From positions 224,001 through 288,000 of the forward strand of contig JBKBYA010000002.1 of the NCBI GenBank assembly GCA_046313635.1: a stretch of DNA of 64,000 nucleotides. Direction: 5' to 3'. This stretch comes from Pyrinomonadaceae bacterium. GTDB taxonomy: Bacteria; Acidobacteriota; Blastocatellia; Pyrinomonadales; Pyrinomonadaceae. Of this stretch, positions 13,401 through 22,120 are shown piece after piece (position 1 is the first letter of the stretch; each line of letters opens with the position of its first letter). A program made the position numbers and the translations under genes. The notes under the pieces are model-generated. The model was not told the DNA's origin, did not search any database, and saw only the letters and a program-made list of their open reading frames with translations.

Positions 13401-14003
13401 GTCGGCGGTTCGACGCCCGTCAGCAGCGTAACGCTTACATTTGAGGACGGCGCCGCTGTCTCGATGCCGGATGCCGGGCCGATCATGAACGGGCAGAACT
13501 ACAAGCCGACAACCTGCGTAGCTCCGGTATCTGACTTCGCAGGAGCTCCGGCGAGCCCATATGCTGAGCCCGGCTGCTCGAGCACCGGCGCGACCCTTAA
13601 CGGGACGTTCTCCGGCTTTAATCCGAATGGCGTATGGAAGCTCTACGTTCGCGACGACGCCGGAACGATTCGCGACTCGTTTGGTTCCGGTTCGATCGCT
13701 GGATGGGGAATCCAATTCCTCGTTCCGACCGCGGCGCCTACAAATCTAGGCGGCCGGATCGCAGACGCCCTCGGTGCGGCTATCTCAAATGCGTCGGTGA
13801 CCATTTCCGGCGGCGACCTGCCGGAGCCAGTGACGGTGCGGACCGGTACCTTCGGCTTTTACCGATTTACGGGCCTGAGTGCAGGTCAGACCTACATCGT
13901 CACGGTGCACGCGTCGCGTTACCGATTTGCTCAACCTTCGCGGGTCGTAATTATGCAGGAGGACGTTACCGATCTCGATTTCGTCGCCGTCCCGCGCGAG
14001 TGA
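4440..14003 (+). CDS. Giant secreted/surface protein (~3187 aa): three parallel beta-helix modules, Ig-like spacers, ASH/choice-of-anchor-D-like domain, two Calx-beta domains, three divergent InlB-B-like repeats, P-proprotein-like domain, C-terminal carboxypeptidase-regulatory-like domain
   Basis: ATG 4440 begins a signal-peptide-like MSNRRNAVTFRLAITVSIITISLLATLANASA. Three modules contain (R/K)LxG(S/A)DxVxIDG and end in DxxGxxR...(D/S)xGAxE. Calx-beta-like segments LQFGAATYSGGE...ICDDSVYEGNETF and MQFDSASYSGAE...LSFAAGETSKTF. Three copies of VTSxPAGINCG. Confidence 0.85.
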   Translation: MSNRRNAVTFRLAITVSIITISLLATLANASAASAIGLANFNWQDLIPSLMSASNDSADAESEKIIAEALAILPPTVKTVCSAGGADFTSLGGVSGAIADLNTNFVTGNVTYNVCAGHTETLTAALAITATGSLGNDIIIQKSGAGANPLITAYVGTATPGSATPDGMLRLQGSDYVTIDGIDFTDPNLANPATMEFAIGLFKATAGNGSNNNIIQNCTINVQRVNNATGSTPMVDGSVGILVINSTATAATTALTPTNGGTLATNGTNSANKFYANTINGGNYGIVFSGYAASTGVGPAPTATTFLGDLSNDVGGTSAATGNTILNFGGGGTTNASAGIRANNQWGINISYNTLNNNNGSGVNHATTFRGIYAQAGTSANATINNNTVTIRSGASTNALTAIDNGIGSTAASNTVTINNNTVNIGYSTATTGVATAIGNSATAATVNINGNTIQGISGTPLSGTGTHVMLETGSPTTVTSSNNIVQNLSRDGASGSWRGIKTTSPTNWTANGNTVTNLSWTAAASTGSIDAIYSFSSAVNVTANSNSITNLSTPTTGTITGINEFGSSGLKIIQNNTISNFSTTAGGAGGATFRGISESTGTTNDISGNTIFSLNSTGTTGGTSGTIVGITVSSGTTNNIYKNKIYDLSTTSTGATVNGITQSGGTTNNIYNNLVGDLRAPALNATNSLNGLNLSGGTTNNVYFNTVYLNASSTGANFGSSALNASTTPTLTLRNNILVNTSTATGTGLTVAYRRTNTTLTSYASASNNNDLYAGVPSATNLIFYDGTNSDQSITAYTARVASRDSNSFSENPPFLSTTGSNANFLHINPAVATQLESGGTSVSGITDDFDGNTRNATTPDVGADEFNGTSLDLTAPSITYTAFAGTASTANRNLTATIIDASGVASGANAPRIYFRKGSTDTFVSTQCSGTSPTYTCTIDYSLVTGGSVTTSDVIEYFVVAQDTAGNVGANPSGGFTATSVTSITTPPTTPNSYTILPSISGNKNVGAGGDYATLTAAIADLNSKEIVGPVTLTLTDPNYTSPAETFPLVINANNGSSATNTVTIKPAAGVSATVSGSVGSGCLIRLNGADYVSIDGSNNGSSSRNLTLTNTSTSTTSSALATICISSLGTAAGATNNTVKNTNISTGTVTANGSYGISVGGTTPGTAGADNDGTTLQNNNITLATTGLYAAGTASNSTGGNDALLISGNTVDSNTTLQNYGVQVSNALNSTITGNTISVQTSGAFQPTGISLETGFVSSTVSANTITKALATNTGGYGGRGITIGTGAASSNLTIANNVIYGVNGTNWNTFGNSSSMGIAIGMIGGSTTISTTAGGINLYYNSVSMTGSMGSASTTALTTALYVGSGATALDIRNNVFANTQVATSTTQKNYAIYSAAANTAFTTINYNDYFVSNSFNAASAIPGFIGSDRTNLSGIQSGFGQNANSIIADPLFNNSASNLQPQTGSPVLGAGSPIVGVTTDILGTTRSGSTPSIGAYEAGVDTAGPIITYTAFGNTSSASDRTLTISATDTSGVPASGIGLPVLYFRKGSSGSFASSQCTFVSGSSYNCATNYAAIGGVAAGDTVQYFVAAQDSLGNVSVNPSAGAGGLTANPPAAGTPPTSPNSYLISITYAGSFNVGTGETYTSLTNAGGLFAALNAGVLTGNVTINITTDLTAETGSIALNQLAEEGAGAGTYSLTIRPAGAARTISGSGSNVIKLNGADRVTIDGSLGGGTDQSLTISNLSTSSGTTVIWIGSIGAGAGSNNVTVKNCIIRAGTKGTGSAATTVVTTFGIFAGNTSGAAAGPDNDNLTIQNNQFLRSTYGIQAVGDTTGANDNLTIQGNVFGDPATDTNSIGRIGMLLSYVNNGNVSQNTIRNVVVGDSGNSTGILLSTNFLNSSVTRNNISNIRYTGTGGYGGKGIDIATGNATSGVTIANNFISDIKGDGWNLLSSDSIVGIRVGSTTGGVNVYFNSVCLCSGAFAGNSSGTVSAAFAAISGASGLDLRNNIFATNLDNTASTSDKTYAVATTATTNSLFTTINYNNYRVSGTPGFVGLLNAVDRLTLANWQTASGQDANSMAVDPLFATALDLHLQSGSPVVDQGTTIAGLTVDYDGDSRPQGPAVDIGADEVVITNTAPTITATTGVTRQAGSAGSNSTIATVGDAESGAGSVTVTVTSANPSSGVTISNIVNTNGTVTADIVAACGATDPATFTLQASDGTLTSTSSFSVAVTANPAPTLTFNNPSSIQLNGSTTVNPATSGDNGTVSYALQGQGTYTGTISVNSSTGAVSISNAAPAGTHTITVRATDNCGATTDASFSLTVVTPTINITPGTVGFGDQIVSTTSSAQTVTIGNNGSSNLTIGTVTVTGANPGDFSITNSPSNATITPGNSVQFSVTFTPSAAGARAATINIPNNSSNNPSATVSLTGNGTQPGTLQFGAATYSGGENGGSIALSVTRTGGTDGAVSAQITFSGGSATGGASCSTNGVDYVNTAITVNFGSGSTTPSQAISVPICDDSVYEGNETFGATLGSFTGGATGGSQTTATVTINENDPQQFALTVSKNGSGSGTVTSDPAGINCGSNCSANYDDGTNVTLTPAANPGSVFTGWSGACTGTAACVVSMTQARSVTATFVRVYTLTVTKAGTGGGVVTSSPAGINCGVDCDEDYQSGTVVTLTATADSTSTFSGWSGAGCSGTGSCIVTMSQAASVTATFTRNQYALTVSRSGSGSGTVTSDPAGINCGSNCSATYDEGTTVTLTAAAHAGSTFAGWSGACSGTGSCVVTMTSAANVTATFNTTVTTMQFDSASYSGAEGTAVTVTVTRAGNLSVTSTINYATANGTATSGACGSAGVDYLAASGQLSFAAGETSKTFTVTLCTDALSESTPETINLALSGATGGSAGTPAAAVISILDAAGEFVNMTPYTIANNGTGTMGDISVSGYATGGVQGVRVTLYGVTHSNPDDLDILLVDPSGSRKFVLMGDVGGSTPVSSVTLTFEDGAAVSMPDAGPIMNGQNYKPTTCVAPVSDFAGAPASPYAEPGCSSTGATLNGTFSGFNPNGVWKLYVRDDAGTIRDSFGSGSIAGWGIQFLVPTAAPTNLGGRIADALGAAISNASVTISGGDLPEPVTVRTGTFGFYRFTGLSAGQTYIVTVHASRYRFAQPSRVVIMQEDVTDLDFVAVPRE
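12150..12696 (+). repeat. Near-identical intragenic repeat, 12150-12210 and 12636-12696 (first and third InlB-B-like units)
   Basis: 2 mismatches in 61 bp at a 486-bp offset by manual alignment. Confidence 0.85.
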
Positions 14004-14031
14004 TGGCAGGAGCTGTACTTAACGACACGCG

Positions 14032-14068
14032 CAAGGGCACCGCGAACGCAAGTATCGCGGTGCCCTTG
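14032..14068. terminator. Strong hairpin downstream of the giant protein gene (probable terminator)
   Basis: Perfect 14-bp stem caagggcaccgcga / tcgcggtgcccttg; T tract weak. Confidence 0.55.
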
Positions 14069-14291
14069 TGGCTTACCTGCTCAACCTCGTACAGACTCGC
14101 CGCACTACATACGGAGGCCAGCTGCAAGTTGCCGCATTTACGTAAATAGCCGTACGAGGTGCACGCCAACTCGGGCAGAGAACTCGACATTCAAGCTCGG
14201 TTCACGACGGGAGGCTGCCGGGGCGGGGCGTAAATTTGTCCCCATTTTGCTCGGTTTTGAGAAACGCGGCTAATCTGACAAAATTCAGGCG

Positions 14292-15257
14292 ATGTCGATT
14301 TACGAGGGCCTCGAGCCGATCGATCTTTCCGCGATCAAGACCTACGAGCTGGCGAGCCGCCACAGCAAAGTCACAGTCGACGATCTCGCGCGACCGATAG
14401 CAGAATCGGATTCGCTGGCAGACTTTTTAAATAAGCTCCCGTCGATACTCGCGGTCAACTCGCTCCGTTCGGTCGCGGCCGCCATTCGCCGCGCACGCGA
14501 TCTAGGCAAGCCGGTGATCTGGGGCATCGGCGGCCACGTCGTCAAGACCGGGCTCGCGCCGCTGCTGATCGATCTGATGGAGCGCGGATTCGTGACGGCG
14601 ATCGCGGCGAACGGCTCGGTGCTCGTGCACGATACCGAGATGGCGCTTGTCGGCTTCACCAGCGAGGATGTTGACGCGACGCTGGGCAAGGGCGACTTTG
14701 GAGCGGCTCGAGAGACGGGCGAGATATTGAATTCGGCCGCAAAGGCCGCGGTGCGAGACGCGATCGGGCTCGGCGAAGCGATGGGCCGCGAGGTGCGTTC
14801 ACATTCGCCGGCGAACGCCGACAAGTCGCTGCTGTGCGCGGCGTACGAGCGGCGGATACCGTTCACCGTGCATCTCGCGATCGGCGCCGACATCGGTCAC
14901 TTTCACGCGTCGTGCGACGGCGCGGCGCTCGGCGAAGCTTCGCATCGCGACTTTAGGCTCCTCGCGTCGATCGTGCGTGAGATGAACGGCGGCGGAGTGT
15001 ATCTGAATTACGGTTCGGCCGTCGTGCTGCCTGAGATCTTTTTGAAGGCCGTCACGGTCGTCCGCAATCTCGGTCACGATCTGGCCGACATCACGACGGC
15101 GAATTTTGACTTCATTCAGGGATATCGCCCGTCGACCAACGTCGTCCGCCGCCCGACCGCAAACGGCGCCGGACGCGGCTACTCGATCACCGGCCACCAC
15201 GAGCTGACGCTGCCGCTGCTCGCCGCGATGCTCGTCTGCGAGGCGGGCAGCGCGTGA
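14292..15257 (+). CDS. Deoxyhypusine-synthase-like (DHS-fold, GSU2086-like) protein
   Basis: Motifs VIWGIGGHVVKTGL, AANGSVLVHDTE, GSAVVLPEIFLKA and ITGHHELTLPLL recalled as typical of this family. Confidence 0.6.
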   Translation: MSIYEGLEPIDLSAIKTYELASRHSKVTVDDLARPIAESDSLADFLNKLPSILAVNSLRSVAAAIRRARDLGKPVIWGIGGHVVKTGLAPLLIDLMERGFVTAIAANGSVLVHDTEMALVGFTSEDVDATLGKGDFGAARETGEILNSAAKAAVRDAIGLGEAMGREVRSHSPANADKSLLCAAYERRIPFTVHLAIGADIGHFHASCDGAALGEASHRDFRLLASIVREMNGGGVYLNYGSAVVLPEIFLKAVTVVRNLGHDLADITTANFDFIQGYRPSTNVVRRPTANGAGRGYSITGHHELTLPLLAAMLVCEAGSA

Positions 15258-15281
15258 TCGCAGTCAGCCCGGAAAAGTCCT

Positions 15282-16196
15282 ATGAAAACGAAACTGTTCA
15301 TGCTCGGCCTCATCATTCTGGCGATGGCAAATCTCGAGACGCGGGCGCAGGTAACTTTGTCCGACACGATCTACAAGGCATTCGACGGGAAGGGAAACGC
15401 AGTGACGCTCGACGAGATCGTTCACGCGATGTCGACGAGCGACGTCGTTTTTCTCGGCGAGGAGCACGACGACGCTGTCGCGCACGCGATCCAGGCCGAG
15501 TTGTTTCGCCGTGCGGTCGCGAGCTATTCGCCGCAGCGCCGCGTCGCGCTCTCGCTCGAGATGTTCGAACGCGACGTGCAGACGGTCGTCGACGAATATC
15601 TCAAAGGCCTCATCAGCGAGCAGCACTTTCTGCTCTCGTCGCGGCCGTGGGGAAATTACAAGACCGACTATCGGCCGCTCGTCGAGCTCGCCAAAGAGAA
15701 AGGTCTCGCCGTGATCGCGGCCAACGCGCCTCGTCGATACGTCAATATGGTCTCGCGCAGCGGCCGAGACTCGCTCAACGGTCTGTCAAAGGAGGCAAAG
15801 TCGTGGCTCGCGCCGCTGCCGTATCCCGAGGCGAGCAAGACGTACGCCGATAAGTTCGTCAAGCTGATGAGTGCGGCGGGCGACCCGGCCGCTTCGAAAG
15901 ATCCGGCAAGGTTCGTTCACCCGCAGGCGCTTTGGGACGCGACAATGGCCGACTCGATCGCAAACTATCTCTCAAAAAACAAGGGCTCGCTCGTCGTGCA
16001 TTTGAACGGCGGCTTTCACACCGAGGGTCGGCTCGGCACGGTCGAGCAGCTTCTGCATTACCGGCCAAAGGCGCGGGTGATCGTCGTGACGCTCAAGTCT
16101 GAAAAGGACTTTCAAACTTTTGATCCATCGCGTCACACGGCGCTCGGCGATTTTGTGGTCCTGACCGACGCGAGCCAGCCAAAGAGCAGGCGGTGA
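15282..16196 (+). CDS. ChaN-family (DUF399, haem/iron-uptake-associated) exported protein
   Basis: Signal peptide; VVFLGEEHDD...H, LSLEMFERDVQ, YRPLVELAK, IAANAPR, QALWDATMA, HLNGGFH. Confidence 0.8.
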   Translation: MKTKLFMLGLIILAMANLETRAQVTLSDTIYKAFDGKGNAVTLDEIVHAMSTSDVVFLGEEHDDAVAHAIQAELFRRAVASYSPQRRVALSLEMFERDVQTVVDEYLKGLISEQHFLLSSRPWGNYKTDYRPLVELAKEKGLAVIAANAPRRYVNMVSRSGRDSLNGLSKEAKSWLAPLPYPEASKTYADKFVKLMSAAGDPAASKDPARFVHPQALWDATMADSIANYLSKNKGSLVVHLNGGFHTEGRLGTVEQLLHYRPKARVIVVTLKSEKDFQTFDPSRHTALGDFVVLTDASQPKSRR

Positions 16197-16347
16197 TCGG
16201 GAACCGACGGAAAAAAGAGCTGGGCGACAGAACGAATTAGCGCGCAGATGAAGAGCAAAGAAGCGCGGAAGTAAGGACTGGGAAGCGACGGAACACTGAG
16301 ACGAGGACCGAGGGACCTTGCGCTCGGGGTTTTCCATTTTTCTTGGA

Positions 16348-16496
16348 GCATAGCCACGCCCTTCAAGGCGTGGTCGTCATCGGCCAGAATTTACCCAGCC
16401 CATTTCAACGGGCTTACCACACGAGGCCAGAAGGGCGTTAAAACGCCCTTTATTTTTTGCGTCGACTGCACCCCGCCGTAAACGGCGGGGCTATGC
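16348..16496. repeat. REPIN/MITE-like element: two inverted REP-like hairpins enclosing two further hairpins
   Basis: Left arm gcatagccacgcccttcaaggcgtgg (16348-16373) versus reverse complement of right arm gcatagccccgccgtttacggcgggg (16471-16496). Inner hairpins agcccatttcaacgggct (16397-16414) and aagggcgttaaaacgccctt (16431-16450). Confidence 0.65.
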
Positions 16497-16534
16497 CAGG
16501 ACAACGGGAAGCTTTTTCGAAATGGCCGAACATA

Positions 16535-16566
16535 GAAAGAGGCTGTCCTCGCGGACAGCCTCTTTC
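16535..16566. terminator. Terminator hairpin between convergent genes
   Basis: Perfect 14-bp stem gaaagaggctgtcc / ggacagcctctttc with a 4-nt loop, just downstream of the 16604 stop. Confidence 0.7.
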
Positions 16567-16603
16567 CGTTTTCCAAATCAGTCAACCAAGCGTATCCGAC
16601 TGC

Positions 16604-17152
16604 CTAGCGATAGATCGATTCGCCGCGGTAGTTGGTCCGCCACTCGTTCTCGAAGTAGCTTGCGTCATCATCGGTACGCGGTCTCACGCCGAGCACCGTA
16701 CCGCCGCTGCGGATGCCTTCTTCGTACTGTTTGGCGTGCTCCTCGGGGATGCCCCAGCCGATGAGAGCACCGACAAGGCCGCCCGTCAGACCGCCCGCGC
16801 CGGCTCCGGCGAGTCCGGCCGCAATCGGCCCCCAAACAACAAGGCCGAGACCCGGAAGCAGTACGTTGGTCCCGATCGCCGCGATACCGCCGATGATGGC
16901 GCCAAGCGTGCCGCCGATCGCCGAACCCGCACCGAGACCCTCGAGGGCCTTGTTATCGCTCTCGCCGATCGCCGAGTCCGGATCTTTGTAATATTTGTCA
17001 CGCGTCTCGTCAGACATCATCACGTTGATCTCATCGTCGGTGTAACCGCGGTCGCGGAGCGATCTGTACGCGCTGTCGGCGCTGTCGCGATCGCGAAACA
17101 ATCCGGTCAACATACCTCGATTTTCCTGACGGCTGGTAGCTTCATTATTCAT
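16604..17152 (-). CDS. General stress protein (YflT/17M-like, glycine-zipper membrane protein)
   Basis: LTGLFRDRDSADSAYRSL...GY.DDEINVMMS, glycine-zipper GAGSAIGGTLGAIIGG, GLVGALIGWGIPEEHAKQYE. Confidence 0.75.
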   Translation of the reverse strand: MNNEATSRQENRGMLTGLFRDRDSADSAYRSLRDRGYTDDEINVMMSDETRDKYYKDPDSAIGESDNKALEGLGAGSAIGGTLGAIIGGIAAIGTNVLLPGLGLVVWGPIAAGLAGAGAGGLTGGLVGALIGWGIPEEHAKQYEEGIRSGGTVLGVRPRTDDDASYFENEWRTNYRGESIYR

Positions 17153-17205
17153 AAGAGTTCTCCCTTGTTCGAATTTAGGATAAGCTTGCGCTTGTTAACG
17201 ACAAG

Positions 17206-17221
17206 TGCAACCAGCGTGCCC
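17206..17221 (-). promoter_or_regulatory. Sigma54 (-24/-12) promoter for the general stress protein gene
   Basis: Minus strand reads GGGCACGCTGGTTGCA, i.e. GG-N10-GC matching TGGCACG-N4-TTGCW, 54 nt upstream of the ATG. Confidence 0.65.
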
Positions 17222-17359
17222 GTTGCATTTCGCGGACAAGCCGTGCCGATTCGATCGATCGAGGCCGAATCTGCGTCGGCGGCGTCTGGTTAACGTACAG
17301 AGTGGAGGGCGACATTAGCCGTCCGGCCCGCGGGGCATTTCAATTGGAACGCCACCGGC

Positions 17360-17842
17360 TTAGAAATGGTCGTCCCAGCTCTCGTGAATCCAGCGCCGCT
17401 TGCGAAAGACCGAGTCGGACCAGAAATCACGCAGCAGCTCGACCGAGGGCCGTCCCGCCGCGGGCATCATGACGCTCACCACGTCGTAGCGATACTTCGC
17501 GTCCCAGATATTGAAGATGCGCCGGTAAACTCTCGCCGTGCGGGCGATCTGCCGCTGCTTGCGGCGGTCGACATTTGCCGACGGCGGGGCAAATTCGTCC
17601 GACCGGCGCGTCTTGACCTCGACAAAGCACAGCGTGCCGTCGCGATCGAGGGCGACAAGGTCGATCTCGCCCGTGACCTGCACGCCGCGGCGGTTGCGGC
17701 CGACGGGCACGGTAAAGTTCGAGCAGACGAGCCGGTAGCCGCTCGCTTCTAAAAAGCGTGCTGCCATTCGCTCGCCCTCGTCACCGAGGGCGCTTGTGCC
17801 GACGCGGCCAGGACCTAAGCTGTGTGCAGTGTGCTGATCCAT
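17360..17842 (-). CDS. yraN: YraN (UPF0102) family putative endonuclease
   Basis: LGDEGERMAARFL...GY..V..NF, GEIDLVA, LCFVEVKTR, RYDVVSV. Confidence 0.85.
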   Translation of the reverse strand: MDQHTAHSLGPGRVGTSALGDEGERMAARFLEASGYRLVCSNFTVPVGRNRRGVQVTGEIDLVALDRDGTLCFVEVKTRRSDEFAPPSANVDRRKQRQIARTARVYRRIFNIWDAKYRYDVVSVMMPAAGRPSVELLRDFWSDSVFRKRRWIHESWDDHF

Positions 17843-18093
17843 TCGACAACTGACCGGAGCGTTCAGGACGCCGAATTATAACAGACCGTTAGCGGCCCGC
17901 GTGCCCGACCGTGACGCCGGCCGAGGACGCGGTATGTAGCTCAGCGCCCGACGTTCTATCGCCGGTCAACATCTCGTGCTGAGCTCCTGTATTTGCGAAA
18001 AAGCTCTGCTTAGCGGGGCAAAGCTTCATTACTCTCGGGCGGCTGCTGAAGCTCTCTTGCAGATAGATCGGCAGAGACGGCGAATGGCCGATC

Positions 18094-18135
18094 ACAATAA
18101 AACGAGACTGCCTTTTCAGGCAGCCTCGTTATTGT
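18094..18135 (-). terminator. Intrinsic terminator of the NTF2-like lipoprotein gene
   Basis: Stem aacgagactgcct / aggcagcctcgtt, with an A-rich run on the left that reads as a T tract on the minus strand. Confidence 0.65.
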
Positions 18136-18153
18136 CCGATCGTTCCCATTCGA

Positions 18154-19089
18154 TCACGGGATCGGAGCTCCCATCGTAAAGAGCGCCTTCCATGCGCCGC
18201 CTTCTTTGCCGTAGATGCTGATGCCGTACTCGTTCGGGATCTTCATATCGCCGCATTTGGCGTCGATCACCGTGCGGAAGGTCAAGAGGCTCAGATCGGC
18301 GCCGAGCGATGTGCTCGCCGCGTCGACGAGATCGAACGACTTGACCTCGCATTTGTCCTCCATCCACGTCTTGAGCGCACCGGCGCGGTCCTGGCGTCCC
18401 TGACTGGTGAATGCGACGAGGTCTCTCCCGGCCCAAGCCTCGAGCCCGGCGGCATTCTTGTTCTTCCAGTCCTCCCATGCCTTCTTCTCGAGAGCAATCA
18501 AAGCCTCGGTCGCGGCGTCAGGTTTGGCTGCCGCAGGCGGAGCGGCGGGCTTGGCGGTCGAAGCCGCGGGCTTGGCGTTCGGGTCGGGGATCGGCGTCTC
18601 GGCATGGAACGCGCCTTTCCAGGTCGTGCCTTCGCGTACGTAGACACCCGCGGCCCACGAGTTCGCCGGCACCTTTTGACCGCCGCACGTGGCGTCCACC
18701 GCGACCTTGTATGTGACCAGCGCGGCGTCATTGCCGAGCGGCTTCATCTGATCGTCGGTGATCGCGTAGCTCTTGACGTCGCAGTCGGTGCCCGAATATT
18801 CCTTGATCGCAGCAGCCTTATCGAGTCGGCCCGACGCGCCGAAGCCGACGAAGTTCGCCGTCAGGAACGGGTCCCAGAATTTTGAATCCTTGTTTTTCCA
18901 GGCCTCATAGGCGCTCTTCTCGAGCGTCATCAGGGCCTCCTTGGTCGGAGCCGCTGCCGCGGGCTTGGCGGCGTTTGAATTTGCATTCGCGTTGGCGTTT
19001 GCGTTTGACGCGGTATTGGTCGCCGGTTCGCAGCCCGACAGCAGAAGAGCCGCAGCGAACGTTACAAGCAGAAGTCTCATCCGGTTCAT
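18154..19089 (-). CDS. Lipoprotein with two tandem NTF2-like (DUF4440/SnoaL-like) domains
   Basis: Lipobox LLSGC, Asn-Ala linker, and two homologous domains starting EALxxLEKxAxExWKNK and ending YxxEGxxWK. Confidence 0.75.
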   Translation of the reverse strand: MNRMRLLLVTFAAALLLSGCEPATNTASNANANANANSNAAKPAAAAPTKEALMTLEKSAYEAWKNKDSKFWDPFLTANFVGFGASGRLDKAAAIKEYSGTDCDVKSYAITDDQMKPLGNDAALVTYKVAVDATCGGQKVPANSWAAGVYVREGTTWKGAFHAETPIPDPNAKPAASTAKPAAPPAAAKPDAATEALIALEKKAWEDWKNKNAAGLEAWAGRDLVAFTSQGRQDRAGALKTWMEDKCEVKSFDLVDAASTSLGADLSLLTFRTVIDAKCGDMKIPNEYGISIYGKEGGAWKALFTMGAPIP

Positions 19090-19413
19090 ACAAGTCCTCC
19101 TGGATCTCTGTGGATGGATCGAAAAAAAGCCCGCAGGTGCGCCTCAAAAAAAACAACACCCCGGGCGCGTCTAATACTGGTCGGAACGGCTAAGTGATAT
19201 CACCGGTCGGTGGGGAAGTCAATCAGGTTTTTAGTCTGCCGACCCGGTCGGACCATATGACTCAGGAAAGCGATCGCGCCGCGCCCATCGCGCTACGAGG
19301 CGGACAGTCAAGCCCTCGAAGATAAGGAACCTTGGCCGACGGTTACTGCAGGACGTCCGCGAGGCGAGTACTGGGCACACGTCAAGAGACTTGCGGGAGC
19401 GATGCTCCAATCT

Positions 19414-19965
19414 TTACCAAGGCCAAGGTAATATCGGCCGCACCAATATAAGCGTCCATCCGAGGATGTTCGCGAATATCCAAAGCCCTATCGACCACTT
19501 CATGCCCGAAACGGCGGCTAAATACTCCTGCTCGTCGAACCGGATCCGATACCAATATCGATAGAACCATCGAAGCGCCAAGATAACCGGGAATACGTAG
19601 ATCAAAAGGTTCGGAATAATGAACCAAAGCGGAAATCCGATAAAAGTTACCAGAGCGGTAGAAGCAAGAAATGGAATGAACGCCGGGTCCAGGGACTGGA
19701 TCTTGTTAGCGGAAGCTATCGCCGACGTGTAATAGTGATTTAGAGCGAAGGACGAAACGACCTCATCGTCCTCATTGAACGCCCCGCAGTTTGGGCATTT
19801 TCGTTCGGTCAAGATCAGTTCACCGCTCTCGTCCGTCTGGATCGGGATGAGCTGCCAACAGACCACGCATCGCGCATAGCAGTGAATTACCGGGTCGAGC
19901 AGCTCGGGATCATTAAAGCTCATCTCGCGATCTATTGGAGCAAAGGCCGCCCCGGGTTCTGTCAA
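19414..19965 (-). CDS. Hypothetical membrane protein with N-terminal zinc ribbon (alternative start 19923)
   Basis: CVVC...CPNC pairs followed by about three hydrophobic helices; AT-richer than its flanks. Confidence 0.6.
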   Translation of the reverse strand: MTEPGAAFAPIDREMSFNDPELLDPVIHCYARCVVCWQLIPIQTDESGELILTERKCPNCGAFNEDDEVVSSFALNHYYTSAIASANKIQSLDPAFIPFLASTALVTFIGFPLWFIIPNLLIYVFPVILALRWFYRYWYRIRFDEQEYLAAVSGMKWSIGLWIFANILGWTLILVRPILPWPW

Positions 19966-20328
19966 AGGCTCCGTAGCAGATTCGGATGATCAACACTCCT
20001 CTGTAACCGGCTGCCTTGCCATCGACCACCAGGGTCTTGAAGTTCCAGTCGGAAACGGTTTTCTCGACATACTCTGTTACCGGTCGCGGCCAACTGCTCG
20101 AGATGGATCTCGCAGAGATGACTTTCCCTGCGTCGCTGACGTCTACAAGCACATAAATGTTTCCTTTTCCGTGAAACTCGCGAACGGCGGCAGGCGGATC
20201 CGGAAAGCTCCTCTCTATTACTCTCTTACCAATTTCCGCCGACGGAAGATACCTCAACTTATTCGCCGGTGACTGAGAGAACACAGCACCGGCGAAAAGA
20301 AGAAGGAAGAAGCTGGCTGGAACCGCTC

Positions 20329-20332
<4 letters not shown>
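19913..20332 (-). CDS. Exported TonB C-terminal-like domain protein
   Basis: Signal peptide, then [35 protein letters not shown]...VSDWNFK, which resembles TonB_C. Start overlaps the mutase stop codon. Confidence 0.6.
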
Positions 20333-22002
<1,670 letters not shown>

Positions 22003-22085
22003 AATTCGCTTGGTTTATCGATCGATAAGTCGTGATTTTAGCATACGGCAGCCGCGGGTCGAACGGGCGGCCGGCCGCCGCGGCG

Positions 22086-22114
22086 TTGCAATCGTGCGTC
22101 GCCAAACCTAGAAT
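22086..22114 (+). promoter_or_regulatory. Sigma70-type promoter positioned for a leaderless transcript
   Basis: TTGCAA (22086-22091), N17, TAGAAT (22109-22114), N6, ATG 22121; no Shine-Dalgarno sequence. Confidence 0.6.
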
Positions 22115-22120
22115 GGCGAA

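Noticed and set aside
17928..18060. tRNA or structured RNA suggested by gcggtatgtagctcag and two imperfect hairpins
   Set aside because: No T-arm (GTTCRA) or cloverleaf can be built; only an agctcagc/gctgagct stem is solid, which is insufficient to call an ncRNA.
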